From Paraspadella gotoi (taxonomy: Eukaryota; Animalia; Chaetognatha): a stretch of 64,000 nt of DNA. A model generated the notes under the pieces. The model was not told where the DNA came from, ran no database searches, and saw nothing but the letters and a program-made list of their open reading frames with translations. How positions within the stretch are numbered: position 1 is the stretch's first letter; every line of letters starts with the position of its first letter. Positions 1 through 64,000 of this stretch are shown here, piece by piece. A program made the position numbers and the translations under genes. The stretch is from contig CM119269.1 of assembly GCA_051294375.1 (NCBI GenBank), forward strand, positions 12,068,896 to 12,132,895. The letters are read 5' to 3'.

Positions 1-1396
1 AAATATTGAAAAAAAAACCCATGTAAATGTTTTAATGGTGGTTGTCTCTTTACTCTCCTCAAATAAAAACATTCCAAACTGTAGAAGATTTTTAATTTTT
101 GTATTCGTTTTGAAATGAGAAAGTTATTTTTGAAGTTAGATTAATTCATTTATTGCTTATTGATTCATTCACTTGAACATTTATTCATTCATTCTTACAT
201 TCAAAATTTAAAAAAAATATTAATGAATATAAACCTAACTTTATAATCATATTCTTTCTCTCATTTATTTTTCGTCCTTCATTTTTCCTTTTTTATCTTC
301 TCTCTTCCTCTCTCGCTCCTCTCTCGTCTCTCACTCCCTCTCTCCTCATCCTCTCCCCTTCCTCTCGCTCTACCTCCTCTCTCCCCCTCTCCCCTCCTCT
401 CTCTTCCTCCCTCCTCTCTCCCCGCCCCCCTCCTCCCTTCCTTTCCCCTCCTCTCTCTCTCCTCGCCTCACCTCCCTCCTTCCCAATTTCCTATCGAACA
501 CGTTCGGCGCCTCGAGCTCCCACCCCTTCAGCCCAACTCCTCATCTCTTGTCACCTCGCCCTCTCTCTTTCACACCCAACCAGAACCTTCTTCCCTTTAC
601 TCAACTCGCCCGGCACTGCACCTCATTCTCTCACCTCACTTCTTTCGTCTCCCTCTTCACTCCATTTTGTTTCACATCCTCGAATTCGGCGTCACTCCCG
701 CAGTCCCGCAGTCCCGCCCCCCTTCATTCAAAAATTCTTCTCTTCTCTCTCTCTCAATTTACCAACAAATTTCCCTCTCTTACTCTCACTTGTTCCTCCG
801 CTTTTTCACACCCCCAGACCACCCCAACCACTCTAGTACACCCCAACCACCCTAGTCCATCCCCACCCCAAAATCCCTCCAATTTTCCTCCCCCAAAAAG
901 TCGCGATAAAATCTCCGCCGAAGGATGAGAAATTCGTTCGACGACGACGACGGCGACGACGACGAACGACCGCGGCTGAGCATGCGGCGGCTACGAGGAC
1001 GACGACGACGATGACGACGGCGGCAGTGGTAGCGGCGAAGACAACGACGAAGACGAGGACGACGACCAAGATTCTCCGCTATCTCGTCGACGGTCCGCTT
1101 GACGCCTTTAAAGGTTCGACCTGACATCGCGATTAAAAATATGACGAAAGAAATAAATAAAAATATTAACTAAAATATAAATCTTCATAAATATTCATTT
1201 CAAAAATAGAAATATTACTGAAAAATTACTAAAATTTTAATTTAAAGAACATTATATATTTCATTCCTGCCAATTAACAAAAAAAAAAAAATCACGGCGC
1301 CTAGCTTTTTAATCTTCACCCAAAAACCTTTCACAATCTTTCTCAATCCTGACATTCTCAAACCGCGAGACCCCTCCGCCCCCCAAAAAAAGAACA

Positions 1397-26602
<25,206 letters not shown>

Positions 26603-27520
26603 TCTTAGCAGTAGATGTCATTGGCTTTTTTTTCTTGTTTGAATTTTTTTTTAAACAAATGAACAAAGAAATTTACTTAAAATCAAAAAATTAAGCGTTA
26701 AAGTTAAAGTATTGAAAATTAAAAAAAACTCCATTTTTTTAAAACAAAGTAAACCTTAGAATACTAAACAAACAAAGAAGTGCTTATTTCATAAATATTT
26801 ATCGTTATGCTGTCGTTTGTTTAAAGAAAAGGTTCCAGCTAAGTTTTAATGAGATGATTAGTCGTAGATGTTTGATGTCTAGTCAACATATACCTTATTC
26901 AAATATCCTTTTAACCAGAAGTCAATTTTTTTTCTTGGGACCATTCCCTAAGCGGTTGTTTAGTGCGCCATATTGGATTTCTCTTGATGCCAAGTCGTTA
27001 TCTATTTGACCAATTTTGTGAAAGTGACAATTCTTAAGACAAATAATTAAATGGATTATACTTCCTCACAAATTACTTTTTCCATTGATTCAATTCATAT
27101 CACAATCACAGAATAATTTTAGGCACGGATTAAAACATGACAATAACAAATATAAAAAAATGTAAAGTTATTTTACAAAATCTTGTTCACGTAATTAAAA
27201 TAATTGCATTACCCCCACCGCATTATTGTTAATCTGAGATATGCTCATACTCAATGCTCAAAGTTTTTACTTGATACAGATTATATTTTGTGTATGATGA
27301 AATAGCCTTCTCAATATTTACAAAGAAAAATTTAAGTAGTTAGACTCTGAAGCGAAAAGAAAAGGCATTTACCGGTTCATTATTTATTCATTATTAATTC
27401 CTTATTCATTTAAACACATTTATACATAGATTAAGCCAGGTATAGTAAGATGTTGCATTTTTCGATCCCCGACGAATCGAAGACCAAACGAGAAAAAAAG
27501 ATCATCGCTTAAAAACTTTT

Positions 27521-62979
<35,459 letters not shown>

Positions 62980-64000
62980 CTTGGGGGGAATTGTGGGTAA
63001 GAAGTGTGGGTAGGAGGAGGAAGAGGAGAAGAGAGAAGGGGGCAAAGATTGAGGGAGAAAGCGGGGGATAGAAAGAGGACAGTATAGGGGTAGAAGGGTA
63101 GGGGTGCAAAGAGCAAATTATTTTTGTCGAATTAGCGAAAAGTGGATAATTATAGTGGAAGGTGAATTATTAAGAAGAAAGAGCGAAGAAGGAAAGGTCC
63201 TCGGATTGGGGGAGGGAAAGAGGAAAGGAGGATGGAGGAAGGGACAGATGATGGAAGGGAGGAAGGGACAGATGATAGGGAAAAAGAACAAGAAATGAAC
63301 TTAAAAAAATGGAAGTGAAAGAGTAAGAGAATATGGGTGTAGACTGTAGAGTAAAAGAGTAACCCCCAAAGTAGCGATCTGGGGGTTAATAAACTAAAGT
63401 GTGAAAGATTCTCTTGCTATGTTATTATCATATAAGAAGAAAGGAGGCCTTAAACCAATATAGTCTGTCAAAAGTCAGGGAAAAGAAAGGTTGTTTATTG
63501 AATGAATAGATAATTTTTATATCTGTTGTACCAATTTCATATCAATTTCAATATCAAGAGCTGTGAACTTATATCATGAGATGGGATAATAGAATATCAA
63601 GAGCTGTGAACTGAAGATGGGAAAAGATAAGCGTTTCAAGATGGACTTTCAAATGGACCATTAATCTTAAGTTTCATCCACCAGTACGAAATGCCGGATC
63701 CGTAAAAAGAATTTCAGATTTCAAAGATATATACGCGCGGAAAGAAATCATTTCTAAGCGAAAAAAATAACAAAAGCTGCTAAGTATTTTATCGGACGCT
63801 GATGATGATAGGAAAAAAAAAGGATTTCTAAGGAATAAAAAAAAAACTGCATGCAAAAATCGCGCGAATAACGATTTTATTCTATGGCAAAAAAAATGGA
63901 GGATGGAGGGAGGTATAGTCAGAAGAATGAGGAGGAGTAGGAGGAGGGAGGGATATATAGTCAGGAGAAGGAGTAGGAGATGAGAAAGTAGAGGGAGTAG

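Overview
Eukaryotic (bilaterian animal) genomic DNA: AT-rich introns full of GA/CCTT/AATC microsatellites, GC-rich exons, and indel noise in places. Two convergent spliced genes fill the window. On the + strand is a MyoD/MRF-family myogenic bHLH gene (ATG 1397 to a helix-III last exon). It keeps the Cys/His 'CLLWACKACKRK' motif, the [13 protein letters not shown] basic region and C-terminal helix III, but has a phase-consistent N-terminal extension of about 680 codons that includes an AT-hook-like motif. On the - strand is SPAG17/PF6 (axonemal central-pair protein): 29 phase-consistent exons from 62979 to the stop at 27521, with the 5' end outside the window. Introns hold a Penelope-like retroelement with ~510-bp inverted pLTRs, at least five minimal hammerhead-ribozyme motifs, several modular tRNA-headed SINE families, a palindromic 33-bp minisatellite, and tandem repeats that copy splice donors. 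Two long tandem duplications (~13.1-21.9/22.0-30.3 kb and ~51.1-56.2/56.2-61.2 kb) look like assembly artefacts. All gene identifications come from manual translation and recalled motifs, not database searches.
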